The notes under the pieces: generated by a model | What the model saw: the letters and a program-made list of their open reading frames with translations, nothing else | Databases searched by the model: none | Told to the model about the DNA's origin: nothing | Made by a program: the position numbers and the translations under genes | Source of the DNA: Fistulifera solaris | Taxonomy: Eukaryota | Length of the DNA stretch: 64,000 bases | Direction of reading: 5' to 3' | Assembly: GCA_030295235.1 (NCBI GenBank) | Contig: AP026145.1 | Location: 62,001 to 126,000, forward strand | In this document: in pieces, positions 49,501 through 60,850 of the stretch | Layout: each line of letters begins with the position of its first letter | Numbering within the stretch: position 1 is the first letter of the stretch

Positions 49501-50258
49501 TAACGATGATTCTTCCCGCTTCTTTGGTTTACATCGGCTATCTGGCATATCTATTCATTTCGGAACCCGAGACTTTGGATACCTTTGTCCTTATGTTTTA
49601 CGGCGCCACTTTTGTTATGCAAATGCTCTCCTTTCTGGTACGCAGTCGTTGGGATTACATTTGGTGGTTTGCAATCTTCACTGTTGTGGGCATTCCTGTT
49701 TTCTATTTCATTTTGCCAATCTACGCCTTCACCCATATGGACGATTTTTCATGGGGAAAAACACGCCAGATCGGCACGAGCCCACAGGTGAAGCTTGAAG
49801 CTGCTAACCATGATTCTGAAGACGATAACACAAAGTCTGACGACTTTGACCACACATCAACAAACAAGAGCGTCAAATCGTCTGTCAGATCCAATGAATC
49901 GGGATGGCTGCAGCTGGATGAAAAAATTGAGATCGGACTTGTGGGAATGAATGAAGAAATTGAGATCCGACTTGAAGGGATGGATGATGTCCGGCGTCAA
50001 TCAAATGTAGAAGAAAGTCGAGTTCCACTTACGAATAAAAGTTTCTTGACGCCGAATGAGGAGTTGGAAGAGAAACACACTCCGCTAGTGAAAAGCTCTG
50101 AAAGTGGGAAGTTCGTCCAAAATCAAGAGGACAGCAGCGTTGGCTCTCACCGTTCGTGTCGATCCACGCAAAGCCAAAGAAGTCATCAGTCATCCAAAAG
50201 CAACCAAACAAGCAAGCGGGAAGCGTCGACATTTGTGAAGTACCAGGCATTACCGTAG
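46590..50258 (+). CDS. CHS: chitin synthase (GT2) with cytochrome-b5-like region (fungal division-2-like architecture); intron 49071-49150; apparent frameshift at ~47265
   Basis: AWREK, HPGG, VPCYNEG, GNRGKRDSQ, IDADT, QVFEYY.SHHL.KAFES.FG.VTCLPGCFTMYR, LGEDRMLTTL, SQRRRWINST, DDFSWGKTR. Confidence 0.93.
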
Positions 50259-50440
50259 CAGTTGATCATGTATCATAGTTCGAACGTCAAGTTTCTTCAA
50301 CAGGTGCATCGTAGTAGACTTTTGCAAACGAGACATGAATCAAAATGACTTTTTCTTTTTAGTTTCATTATCATTTACATTAGCCTACTGTGCAAAATAT
50401 ACCAAAAATAGTGTTTAGGAACCGATCGACCATACATGCT

Positions 50441-51205
50441 TCAAGCGGCCGACGCGGCTGCGATATCCTTGGGAATCTCGTAGGCTCCCTCCTCTTCATC
50501 GATCTCGCAAAAGTAAGAGTACTCAGTCATGATCTGGTTGGAGAGCTCGACAGCGACAGCTTGTAATCCGAGAACTGTTGCGGTTCTCTCGATGCAGCAC
50601 AATACAAAAACGTGCAACGACGAGACCTGCGACCTCAAAGAATCATCGTAGATGCCGTTGAATAGCATTCTCTCCAGTAAAATCGCATTCTGTCCCCATA
50701 TTTCTAGTGCTTTGTCAGCAAGTTGTAATTCGTTTGGCTGCTGTTCCCAGGCGCATATGAAGGCGCTTGCTAGATTGTTGAGTATAATTGACTCAAAAAC
50801 TGCGCAATGGGTTGGCGATCTTTCGGCACGTGAAATGGGCGATTCGGCAAATCTGAGAAAAATGAGGTTGAAAGAAGTAGAATTCAACAATATGATTTGA
50901 TCGACTTCATTGCGCAAAGCAGTTGTGAGCGACTCGTGGGGCATATCTCGTCGAGAAATGCGCAGGCATGTATGGCAATCGTCTCTTCTTTGTTCCTGAA
51001 GGCTAACAAAGTCTTTCCAACAGGCAAGAAACTGATTCGCCCTATCCATCATCAGATGGACACTCTCTGGTGAATGAAGGCACTGAAGAAGGCTCAGCGA
51101 GTCACAGAAAGCCGCAATGGCAAGCTCATGACAATCATGACGGACGAGAGAAAGTCCGATGTTATTCAAGGCAAGAGCCGCGGCAACATTCGACTCGGCT
51201 GTCAT
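50441..51205 (-). CDS. TPR-like hypothetical protein, copy 2
   Basis: ALALNNIGLSL, IILNNLASA, IWGQNAILLERMLF, CIERTATVLGL, ends IAAASAA*. The frame is also open from ATG 51274. Confidence 0.65.
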   Translation of the reverse strand: MTAESNVAAALALNNIGLSLVRHDCHELAIAAFCDSLSLLQCLHSPESVHLMMDRANQFLACWKDFVSLQEQRRDDCHTCLRISRRDMPHESLTTALRNEVDQIILLNSTSFNLIFLRFAESPISRAERSPTHCAVFESIILNNLASAFICAWEQQPNELQLADKALEIWGQNAILLERMLFNGIYDDSLRSQVSSLHVFVLCCIERTATVLGLQAVAVELSNQIMTEYSYFCEIDEEEGAYEIPKDIAAASAA

Positions 51206-52139
51206 CTTTTGTAATCCGCTCAAATGAGTGAATGCAGGAAGGAACAAACGGCTCGAGAATTGTGAGTGCTTCATGTCTGCCGTTGATATTATTAGTAGGC
51301 TAACAATTTGCTGCTTTTAAACCATGATGTCGAAAATGCGAACAGTGCTTCATCGATTTCATCAATAAAGTTGCCAATGCGAACAGTTCGGTCGGCGGCT
51401 CAGCCGGCGGCCAAGTCATTCCACGACAGCTCTCCATAGTAAATGCGAACACTGCCGTTTAGCATTCCGAAAGGAGACATTTACTATTTACTAGAGAGGA
51501 CACATTCTTCATCATGTATAATGTATAGTCCATAAAGTATGGGGCACGATGCGGTTTCTGTCTACGTGTTTCCTTGCGCCAATAATCGTACAGTATTCGG
51601 AGTTTGGATACCGCTGACCCGCTGACCGCTGAGTGCAAGTACGAACGTGAAGCACGCTACGTAAAGAAAACGTCTTCGAAAACTCCCGAAAGAAGAAAAT
51701 GACGTCATGACTCATGACCAAAACTTTCATGACGATGATGATTATTCTAAGGACACATTTTTATACGTTCTAAATAATGAGGCGTGATTCTTTGGGAGTC
51801 AATCGCGCTGACTGTAGAACGAGCTGTAAGAAACTCACCTGTTCTGTATTGCAATCCAACAAGACTTTGAACACCTTGATGCAATACGACGGGGATAAAT
51901 AGATTACTCACAATTTTCCGTCTTCATATACCTTCGACAAGTTTTTCGATGAGATAGTGACTTTTAGTATCTCTATGCGACAAAACATAACTCTGATTTG
52001 ATCGTCTTGGTGCAAGCATGTGCTTTATCAATAGCTGAGTCGTCCAAGACATCGGTCTTCTTCTAACACTCGGTAGCTATTTCGCAAACTGACAATGTTA
52101 CGGTCAATCTATCTTTAGTTTTATTCTATTATGCTCACA

Positions 52140-53393
52140 CTAACAAGCCAAAACAACTATCAGCCACGAAACCAAAGTACAACTTAGCACATAGTTCCAG
52201 ATCGTGGCATCGGAAGATAGAAAGACCGGCGACAAGGCAATCGGTCCTTCCACAAAGAAAGAATTCTCTGCCGTTGGTGCTTGACTCTCTACAATAACAG
52301 GCGCCTCTGTGCGCTTAACAGGCGGGGCGACGGGTCGTGTTGGCTCTTCTTTCAGCGGGGTCGGTGAGGATGTCGGTGACCGTGATGGCTTCGGCGATTG
52401 CAGTTGACTCTGTTCCTGCGAAGGACTATCCGTCTCTGCTGCCGTTTGAGCCAGAGTGGGTTCCCCAGTGGGTGGCGGCGTTTCCGATGGCGTCGTAGGA
52501 GGAGAGGTCTGGGGGGCTGCAGTTGGAGTGCGAGTGGGAGAAAGTGTGGGAGCAGGCACCGGGGCATCTGTTGGAGGAGGTGTGGGTTCAAAAGTCGGTA
52601 CAATAGCTGGGACGGGTGCCGCTGTCGGCATAAAAGTAGCATCTCCCTGATTGAAAAAGGCCAAGGCTTCCGATTGAAAATTATTTAGTTCCGTATCAAA
52701 GCAATTGTAGCCAAAGTAGGGGTAGAAATTGGGACAGGAGAATGATTGGCGTGCACCGCCATCACAGTCGAGACAAGCCACTTGACAGCTTTCTCCATCC
52801 ACAAACAACTCTTGAGGACATTGCACGTAGCAATACGGTTGACTTCCGAATGTCGTCCAGTCCGCATTGCTATCACACGGCTGTACCGACTGCACCGAGA
52901 GCAATGTCTTTTGACTGTATTTTTCGGGCGCCGTAAACACTTCGCTCGATTCTACCGACGTCAAAATACTGCCACTTACAAAATTGAACGAAAGAGTAGT
53001 TGTGGAGCAATATGCGCCGTCTTGCAGTATAGTAGAAGAATCCGGGAAGAAGTAATTGACCCGATCGTTGGGATTGTTGTAACATCGCGGTCGTGTTTCT
53101 TCCAAACGAATAACCCATCGGTTTGTCAAATCACCGCCGCATTGAATCAAAGTACTTGGAGAAGTCGTTTTGCAGTACATAGAAAGTGAGCATGTACTAC
53201 TGAGGCTCACTAACTCTTCAAAAGAACATCCTCCGATTGCTTCCAAGTGCCGTCGATGATGATGAGCGTATTGTAGCGACGATTCCACGAAATCGTCTTC
53301 AGCATAACTGTAACTGCTACTATAACTTATAGAAGTAGGATCGATAGCATTCGCCCATGACAGTAACAGGGAAAAGGAAAGAAAGGATCTCAT
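52140..53393 (-). CDS. secreted Cys-rich protein with Pro/Thr-rich stalk and hydrophobic C-terminus (GPI-anchor/TM)
   Basis: Signal MRSFLSFSLLLSWANA, RRHL motif, ~12 Cys domain, xPTxxP repeats, terminal IWNYVLSCTLVSWLIVVLAC. Confidence 0.75.
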   Translation of the reverse strand: MRSFLSFSLLLSWANAIDPTSISYSSSYSYAEDDFVESSLQYAHHHRRHLEAIGGCSFEELVSLSSTCSLSMYCKTTSPSTLIQCGGDLTNRWVIRLEETRPRCYNNPNDRVNYFFPDSSTILQDGAYCSTTTLSFNFVSGSILTSVESSEVFTAPEKYSQKTLLSVQSVQPCDSNADWTTFGSQPYCYVQCPQELFVDGESCQVACLDCDGGARQSFSCPNFYPYFGYNCFDTELNNFQSEALAFFNQGDATFMPTAAPVPAIVPTFEPTPPPTDAPVPAPTLSPTRTPTAAPQTSPPTTPSETPPPTGEPTLAQTAAETDSPSQEQSQLQSPKPSRSPTSSPTPLKEEPTRPVAPPVKRTEAPVIVESQAPTAENSFFVEGPIALSPVFLSSDATIWNYVLSCTLVSWLIVVLAC

Positions 53394-53904
53394 GATTGTA
53401 TTCAAGACAGTTAGAAGCCTTTTGTGTGATTGCCACGACAAGCGAAAACAAATGCGACGCAAAAACAAAACGAGCGGAAAAAACGAGGCGTTGCTCGGAA
53501 GCGCACAGCCACGAAACTACACTTTCTCCTCCACTTCACTCTCACAGTCGTACGAAATGAGAAACAAGAATCAAATGTTGTTTTGTATTACTATACAACA
53601 GCCGTATCAGATTCTCTACTTAGGCTACAGATTCCATTAATCGGACATGGAATTTGGAATCCAGGATCCAAAATCCACCAAAATAATGGCTCAACTCAAG
53701 TAAGTCGTGTGACTTTAGTCCCTAATTATTTCCTCACACTTGGTCACTTTTTGGAAGGGAAAAGATTCTGAAACACCAATTGCCAACGAAGCATCACGGA
53801 TCGAGCATAAGATACCCTGAAAATGAATCTCTCAAGTCACTCGAATAATAGCCAAAAGCATAGATGGCGCAAATATTCATTAGTTCTATTCATCTATCAT
53901 CACC

Positions 53905-54552
53905 ATGTTCTCTTCAATCCACAAATCACGTTCAAAGGGCTGTTCCTCATCATCGTCGCGCACTTGCTGTGTGTTCCTTTCAAGGCAGAAATAACGATTC
54001 TTTCGTCAGTAGCTTTTCGACAGGGCATTGAATCGTTTGATCTCATTATTGATGCGCGATCGACACGAGAATATGCCAACGGGCACATTGAAAACGCCAT
54101 ATTGGTACCGGAACTCGGTTTGCGCGAAAATCAAGTGAATGCCGAACAACTGGCGACAGCCATGGAACGTCTCGCGGGTTGCCGCTCGTGTCGTGTGGCT
54201 ATATACAGTTCGACCGGACGCAAAGCTATGATTGCGGCAGCAATTAGAATCAATTGGACAGTTTGAGCAGGTGTTCAATGGGTTAGGTATCGACGATTGG
54301 ATGAAAGCCGGCTATCCGCTGGTAACGACGAGACCGATTGCTGCGGCGGCGCGGTGTCTGGGCACTTCCGAGGAATTTTGTTCCGCCAACTCGGACATTC
54401 GCCCCACCGAAAATGATACCGACAACATCGAAATCGCGGAGATTCCTGGAAAGAAGATTGTTCCTCCTTCAGCGGACAAAGATGCTTTGAAATTGTACCC
54501 AGAAGTCAACACGCAAGGCAACGTGCGCCGTCAGAAGCGCGTCCGTGGTTGA
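53905..54552 (+). CDS. secreted rhodanese-like protein, copy 1; apparent frameshifts at ~53938 and ~54243
   Basis: IIDARSTREYANGHIENA, loop YSSTGRKA, NGLGIDDWMKAGYPLV, tail KDALK...RRQKRVRG*. Confidence 0.65.
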
Positions 54553-55152
54553 ACGCATCGGGCGCGTTGCGTCGTCGATAGTGCTTAGTGATTCATTGTG
54601 AACGATTAGTAAAAATGAAAAAGTGAGATGATTCTTGAGTAGCAGCTTCTAAAGACAGTTGGCATCTTTCTTTTACACGGAGTAGAATGCTTTCGTTGAC
54701 ACGGTCTATCTCCGAAGAAGAGTCTTCTCCGAAAGATATCACGAAAGATACCTCGCACCTCGCGTGCCGCGAAAATTTCAAAAAGCGTGTTCAATAAGTC
54801 TTAACCTTGCTTGCGACTCCGTTGAGTTTTCGCGCCACTCGAATTCATCGTCAACGGAAATGCGAATGTCACGTAAGTCAACAGCTATTTTGATACTAAT
54901 ATGGATACATAGACAACGGGAACGTGTGTCGCGTACACTGTACTATCAAATGATTGGCATCTACGAACAAAAGAACATTTCTCGAAAGCCAGCCGTTGTT
55001 GCCACAAATGATGGCATTGCTCGACATGTCATGCCCAAAAATAGCTTTGATCCTTTCGAAAACAAAAGATTGGCGCATAATAACGAATCAACTGGCAAAG
55101 AAACACTGCAGGCAGCATTGCCATTGTTTCAAACGCAGCAAATCACAGTAGA

Positions 55153-55836
55153 ATGAACTCTTTTGCGCTCGTTTTCTTTTTGAGTCAATACGTCCTTTCG
55201 ACGCAAGCTGTTATACGCGTCTTGACATCCCAAACGTTCTTTCGCGGCATTGAAGACGGTCGTTTCGATGTCATTGGAGATGTTCGATCGGCGGAAGACT
55301 ATAATCGAGAACACATTGCCAATGTGACGCATTTAGAACTCTTGCACTTGGCGGGGAGACCCAATCAGAAAGCGACTCCACAAGATTTGGAGGGATGCGA
55401 GTTTTGTCACATTGTTCTTTATTCTACGGACGGCAACCGAGCACAAGAGGCATTGCAGATATTAGAAGACGCTGGCTTTAAGAATCTATACAATGGCTTG
55501 GGTGCAGTGCAATGGGCTGCTGCGGGTTTTCCGTTGGTGACAAGGTCCGACAATGTCGTGCCACCGTGCACCACTAGTCGTAGAGTTAGTGCCCAATGTG
55601 AAGAGAGACATCAGGCCAACAATCCTACGGCTCCAGCTCCTGTCAGAGCACCTACTCCTACCGTACGGCCGCCCGCACCGGCAACGGCTCCGGTGCGGCC
55701 ACCATCGCCTCCAGTTGTACCCGTCAAGAAAGTGGTGCCAAAAGATCCGCTCAAAGATGCTCTCAAGATCGCTAGCGCAACGGATATTAGCCGAGGAAGT
55801 TTAAATCGTCGACGAGTACGTGGTGATCAGGACTAA
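55153..55836 (+). CDS. secreted rhodanese-like protein with Pro-rich linker, copy 2
   Basis: Signal MNSFALVFFLSQYVLSTQA, DVRSAEDYNREHIANV, loop YSTDGNRA, AGFKNLYNGLG..QWAAAGFPLV, tail KDALK...RRRVRG. Confidence 0.8.
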   Translation: MNSFALVFFLSQYVLSTQAVIRVLTSQTFFRGIEDGRFDVIGDVRSAEDYNREHIANVTHLELLHLAGRPNQKATPQDLEGCEFCHIVLYSTDGNRAQEALQILEDAGFKNLYNGLGAVQWAAAGFPLVTRSDNVVPPCTTSRRVSAQCEERHQANNPTAPAPVRAPTPTVRPPAPATAPVRPPSPPVVPVKKVVPKDPLKDALKIASATDISRGSLNRRRVRGDQD

Positions 55837-56131
55837 ATAATGAGACCACTGGAGTCGCACGAGTGCTCTGTGCTTATTGGACAAGCATCGAGTTAAACAA
55901 TTGTTCTTGTTAAATTACATAATGCACTTTTATAGCGTTGCATAAGCCTGCTCTAGCGCTATATAGGCCTGCGCATGTGCTCTGTTGTACTAATGCGCTC
56001 GTGCATCGTTTCGTGTGGTTGCTGCGTACTACACTTTAATTACCGAATCAGCACGTCTCGTATAGTTTCTCTAGTTTCAGCAGTCGGAAAGAACGCACAA
56101 AATTGTTGTTATATTACTTTAGCTTTCTTGT

Positions 56132-56615
56132 CTACAAAAAGTGGAGTCCACTGACAATGGTTTGATTTACACGCGGTGCATACAAAGTGCGAGGTCGAGG
56201 TGAAACGACCTTCTCGGATGACCCTGCCGACGAGGAATGCGTCGATGCGCAGCTTTTCCGAGGCGGCGGTGGCAACTTGTGTAGTTGCTGCTGTACTTGT
56301 GGTTGTTGCAATTGTTGCTGTTGTTTGTGTCTTGCTTGTAGCATGCGCTGCAAAGGCTCTTGGGCAATCTTTAGCTGTTTCTGAAATGAAAGAGGGCCCT
56401 TTTGTCGGTCGAACGGTGACAAGATCGATGCAGAAGAAGAGAACGAGGCTTCCGACAACACGGAAGATGATGAGTCATCTCCCACTAACATCAATTTTGG
56501 TAACGCTTGACGCAATTCACTGGTAAGTCGGCGTTTTTGTGGCGATGTGTAGCAGGGGGGAAACGATTGGAGAGTTTGTCGCGTCCAGCCAATGTTGATT
56601 GGATGTAGGAGTCAT
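56132..56615 (-). CDS. small low-complexity (Ser/Gln/Pro) hypothetical protein; apparent frameshift at ~56523
   Basis: ATG 56615 MTPTSNQHW... abuts the open frame ELRQALPKLML...QQQQ...SGLHFL*. Confidence 0.4.
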
Positions 56616-56971
56616 CGTATGTTTGCTATTGAACACCTCTGGTTTTTGTTTGTATGTTACGCTTGCTGCTGCTTGTTCAAGAACTGAGTTGCATTTAATT
56701 AATGAACTCAGGGAGGGCTGCATTTATCCTCGTGTGAGAGGGAAGTGTGAATTGTGAAGTGTGAAATGATGGGGCTGAAATGAACGGCATGGTTTGTCGT
56801 TTGAACTTTGGGAGTAACGAGCCTACACAAATTCGTAGTGTACATTCTTGTGGAACCGATTTAATTGTACGAAGAACTTGAAGTCGAATCGTCAATGTGA
56901 AATGTTCTGTGCTAGATCTTGAGATTCGGAAACTACTCAAAAGTGTATACTCGAAATAGTTTGCGAAATTT

Positions 56972-57005
56972 CCCCCACCCCCACCCCCACCCCCCCCCCC
57001 CCACC
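56972..57005 (-). other. G-rich tract with G-quadruplex potential
   Basis: Plus strand (C5A)3 followed by C13; four or more G-runs on the minus strand. Confidence 0.55.
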
Positions 57006-57617
57006 TTACCTTTTTTTTTCGAAATTCGAACTCCTTCACCTTTTGACAAACATTAACAGGACTACTCTTTACCACAGAGAAAACACAAGACACGGTTCTT
57101 GGAATTCTACTCCGCTCCGTGCCCTTTAATCAAACAAGATAAGCCCGGTGTCCAGCGGTAACCGGTCAAGGTACAGGTAGAAGCAGAGTGGTCTTGGTTA
57201 TATACGGAGAAAAAGTGTCAGATACGTTGTTTGGGTCGTGATTTCTAATTTAGTTCTTTTTATTGGCTCATGAGAATGTCAGTAGTTACCCAGCGGGATT
57301 CGCTACTGCACGGTCATTTTTCTTATTTCAGACACTCCCGACTGAAAAAGGGGGAGATTTTCGCGCCAGCCGTCCTCCAACGTCAGAGTCGTGTCTGAGT
57401 CACACGTGCCCTTTTTCATGCGGTTCCTTTCTCTCTGCAAACATTCCCGCGTGTTTGTATCCCGTGTTTGAATGAATCGTGCCGTTTGAGAGCCGTTTGA
57501 CCTCATCCTTTTTCGCTTTTGCTATTATCAGCGCAACACGAACGACAGTGCGGCAGTTCATTTCATTTCGCTCTCTTATCATTGTTTTATTATTTTCTTT
57601 TGTATCTGTAAGCGAAG

Positions 57618-59268
57618 ATGACACGTCTAAAGCTAGCTTGTTGGTGGCTTTGTGCACTTTCATCATTCTCTTATTCACTCGGCAACCGCTTGCCTCCTTT
57701 GGAGTTTCTCGGCAATCAATTTTTCAGCTCGGAAACGGGAGAATCCGTGCGATTGAAAGGCGTCGCTTATTATCCGCGACCGAACGCGGGTGAGCTCAAT
57801 GTGAACGGTGTTGATTTCTTTCATGAAGACTATCGTGAGCTGTGGGAAAGAGATATTGCATGGATGAAGAAATTAGGAATCAATGCTGTACGGATATATG
57901 CCGTCGACACTAGCAAAGATCACGATGGTTTTATGTGTGCGATGCAAGAAGCGGGGATTTACGTGCTAGTCGGTCTCTCAGCGACGTGCGACGGCTGCTC
58001 GATTACAATGGACCCCGCACCGGCGTGCTATTCGCCCTCACTGAAAGTGCGCGGTATGCAAGTCATCAATCATTTTTCGAAATACGAAAACGTTCTCGGC
58101 TTCGATGCGACCAACGAAGTGCATTTGAACAGTAACGTCTCTGACACGGGGCCTTGCCAGCGTAAATTTCTCTCCGATATGAAGACTTTTATTGCGGACT
58201 GCGATGCTATGCCTCGTAAAGTCCCCGTGGGCCTGTCCTTTGCGGATCGAGATCGCACTTTGCTAATTGACTATTACAACTGTGAAGAACAGCGCGGTGA
58301 CACTGCCGTTCCAGACTGGTTTGGTCTAAATATCTACTTGGATTGCAATCCTGATCATTTATATGTAAACGAGTCGAAGGCATTTCCTGTTTTGCTTTCT
58401 GATTTCGAGAACTATTCACTTCCCGTTTTGGTAAGTTCCAGAGAGTCCCTTGCTCTTTGCGGGTGCGCAGAATTTACTAATGCTTTCGCGGTTTTCACTT
58501 TTAATTTCTAAAGTTGACGGAATTTGGATGTAATGGACCTCAGTTTCCCACCATTGATGGCTTCGAGGGACAGCGAAACTGGAGAGCCGCAAAATGGTTG
58601 CACGAGGGAGAGTATCAAGAAGCTTTTGTAGGGACGTTTGCGTTTGAATTTTCCACGGAAGCGATATGGGCAAATAGAACTGGCGGTTATTATCCATTTC
58701 AAGTGTATTCGGATGGTGATCATGGTATTGGATATTATCAGCCAGAATTATGCGATCATATAGATGTTCCGTGCGAGTACGTGATGAAGCCTCAGTTTGA
58801 TTTATTAAAGGAACAGTATGCAGCAACGCCGAATTCTGGGGCATTTCAGCGAGCTACCTTTATCCCGAAATCCACGGCCCGAACCGTCTGTCCTCCGGGG
58901 ATCGCGCCCGTCAGTAGTTTTGTTTGGCCGTCGGATGATGAAGCTGGGCCGTATTGTTGGGACCAGTCCGTGGATCCGTGCGGTACAAAGCCTGGAGGTG
59001 ACAACGGTGTTGGAGCGCCAACAGGTACTCCGACTTCGGGAAGGCCGCCTGCTGAAACACCCCAACAGGTCCATCACCGACAGGGAGACCCCCAGCAGGT
59101 TCTCCAACATCAGGGACTTCACCATCAGGTACGCCATCATTAGGAACCACTCCAACATCCACGTTGCCTTCCGATGGTGGTTCTGTGGTCAGTTCTTATG
59201 GGTCTCGTATCATGCTTGCCTACCATTCATTAGCCATAACTATGGGCTTGCTCCAATGTTTGGTGTAA
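57618..59268 (+). CDS. GH72 beta-1,3-glucanosyltransferase (Gas1/Gel-like), GPI-anchor-like tail; intron 58431-58513; apparent frameshift at ~59061
   Basis: LKGVAYYPR, RDI..MKKLGINAVRIYAVD, HD.FM..M.EAGIYV, NVLGF..TNEV (acid/base), GLNIY..C, TEFGCN (nucleophile), AFEFS. The corrected tail is PT/S/G-rich and ends IMLAYHSLAITMGLLQCLV*. Confidence 0.9.
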
Positions 59269-59843
59269 CTATTTTAGGCCTATATCAGCTCTTGCTTTAT
59301 TTCTTTTTATACAACTCCACGCGACGATAGTAAATATGGAAGTCAACGAGTTACAGATCTTTTTGATATCAAGCATCGTGGCGTGCTCTGAACCGCAAAG
59401 GTATTCGTAACCCTCTCGGAAATTATTCAATGTACCCAGGACACAAAACAAGCTTCCCGTAGGAGCCCTAGATGCCGAAGGCGGCTAGTTTATAAATTTC
59501 CGTCTGACTCTGAATGAAAACAACCTTCATACTTCATCCAAAGTGTATCCTCAAATTATCCACGACTGAAAATCGGTCACGAATGCATTTTACTTTGAAC
59601 GACAATGCTACCTACAATTCGTTCATTAGCCCATTTTCATGAGATCCACTTGTCGTTGTTGCAATGAAATAGTCTCTCGCAAGGTTTGAGTTACACCTCT
59701 TGATATTTGTACGAAGAAAATCCTGCGAAACGTTGGCTGTGGTATTTTACTGTCGACCAAAGTGTTGTCAGTATTTCGCCAATTTCGCCAAGACTGCAGT
59801 TCAGTCATGAATCCGTTCGCTTACAATTTTTTTTTTATAAAAA

Positions 59844-60378
59844 GACCCAGGTCCGCGAATCAGGGTAGGATTGTGTACACTATCGTTGCCGGAAACGTGT
59901 TCGCAAAAATCGGAATTTCGCAAAACACGAAATATTAACACAATTTTAATCCTGTGATATAGCTTTTATTATAAGGAACTCAACGATATATTTACTTTCG
60001 CCAACAAATGAAAATTGATTGAATAATCACCTAAAAAGTGAAGCATTAGCGATGAACGACGATCGCCGATGATGTCGTCCGGTACTGAATCCTACTGTCC
60101 GCTATCGGCTAACTAAGTGGACCGGTACTGAGATTTTGAGAAACCGGTACTGGGTCTGTCCATCACCCGGTTTTAGATCATTATGAAAACAAAAATAACT
60201 TTTCTTATAAACAACTTCTGGTAATTCTAATTTTACAGGTGAAATTCATTTTTTAAGCGCTTTTTAGTGATATAATTTTTATTTTCATGCGACAGCGAGC
60301 GGAAAATTAGATTTTCTGGATTTTGGGGTATCCGGCAAGTGCGACATACCCTGATTATTCCCTTCGCGGACCTGGGTC
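59844..60378. mobile_element. MITE-like non-autonomous element, ~535 bp
   Basis: Perfect inverted match AAGACCCAGGTCCGCGAA (59842-59859) / TTCGCGGACCTGGGTCTT (60363-60380), further inner matches (AATCAGGGTA, TTGCCGGA), AT-rich non-coding interior. Confidence 0.7.
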
Positions 60379-60850
60379 TTAATAAAATAAATAATGCTCC
60401 TTTTGTAACAAGTCACCTCATAAGCTCAGCTCATCAGTGCGTAAAATAGACATGAATATCATCGCAAAACGTACAACTACACAGGAGGAATGATGCGAAG
60501 TTCGGGTTTCTTCGTTAAGGACGTTTACGCCAGGTGTAAGTATGTACCGTAATGATCGCCATTCTACTCGGTCGTTTGTTTCTCCCTTGTTTCGCTTGTT
60601 CGCCTGCCTGCATGTTTCGCTTGATCCTGGCGCCTCCAACTGTTTTTTTCGAGTATAATGATTGGCAATGTACAAACTATCACAAAGGCAGTTTTCTTTC
60701 GCTTCCGCTGCGTCAGGATTCGAGCTACGGACACGATCTCGAAAATGAATTTTAACCGTTTTTTTAAATGTTAATTACTGCAATGTTGATCGTTTTTGTT
60801 GGAATCATCGATCACGCAAAAATGCGTCCAAAATACAGAGAAAAATGCAA

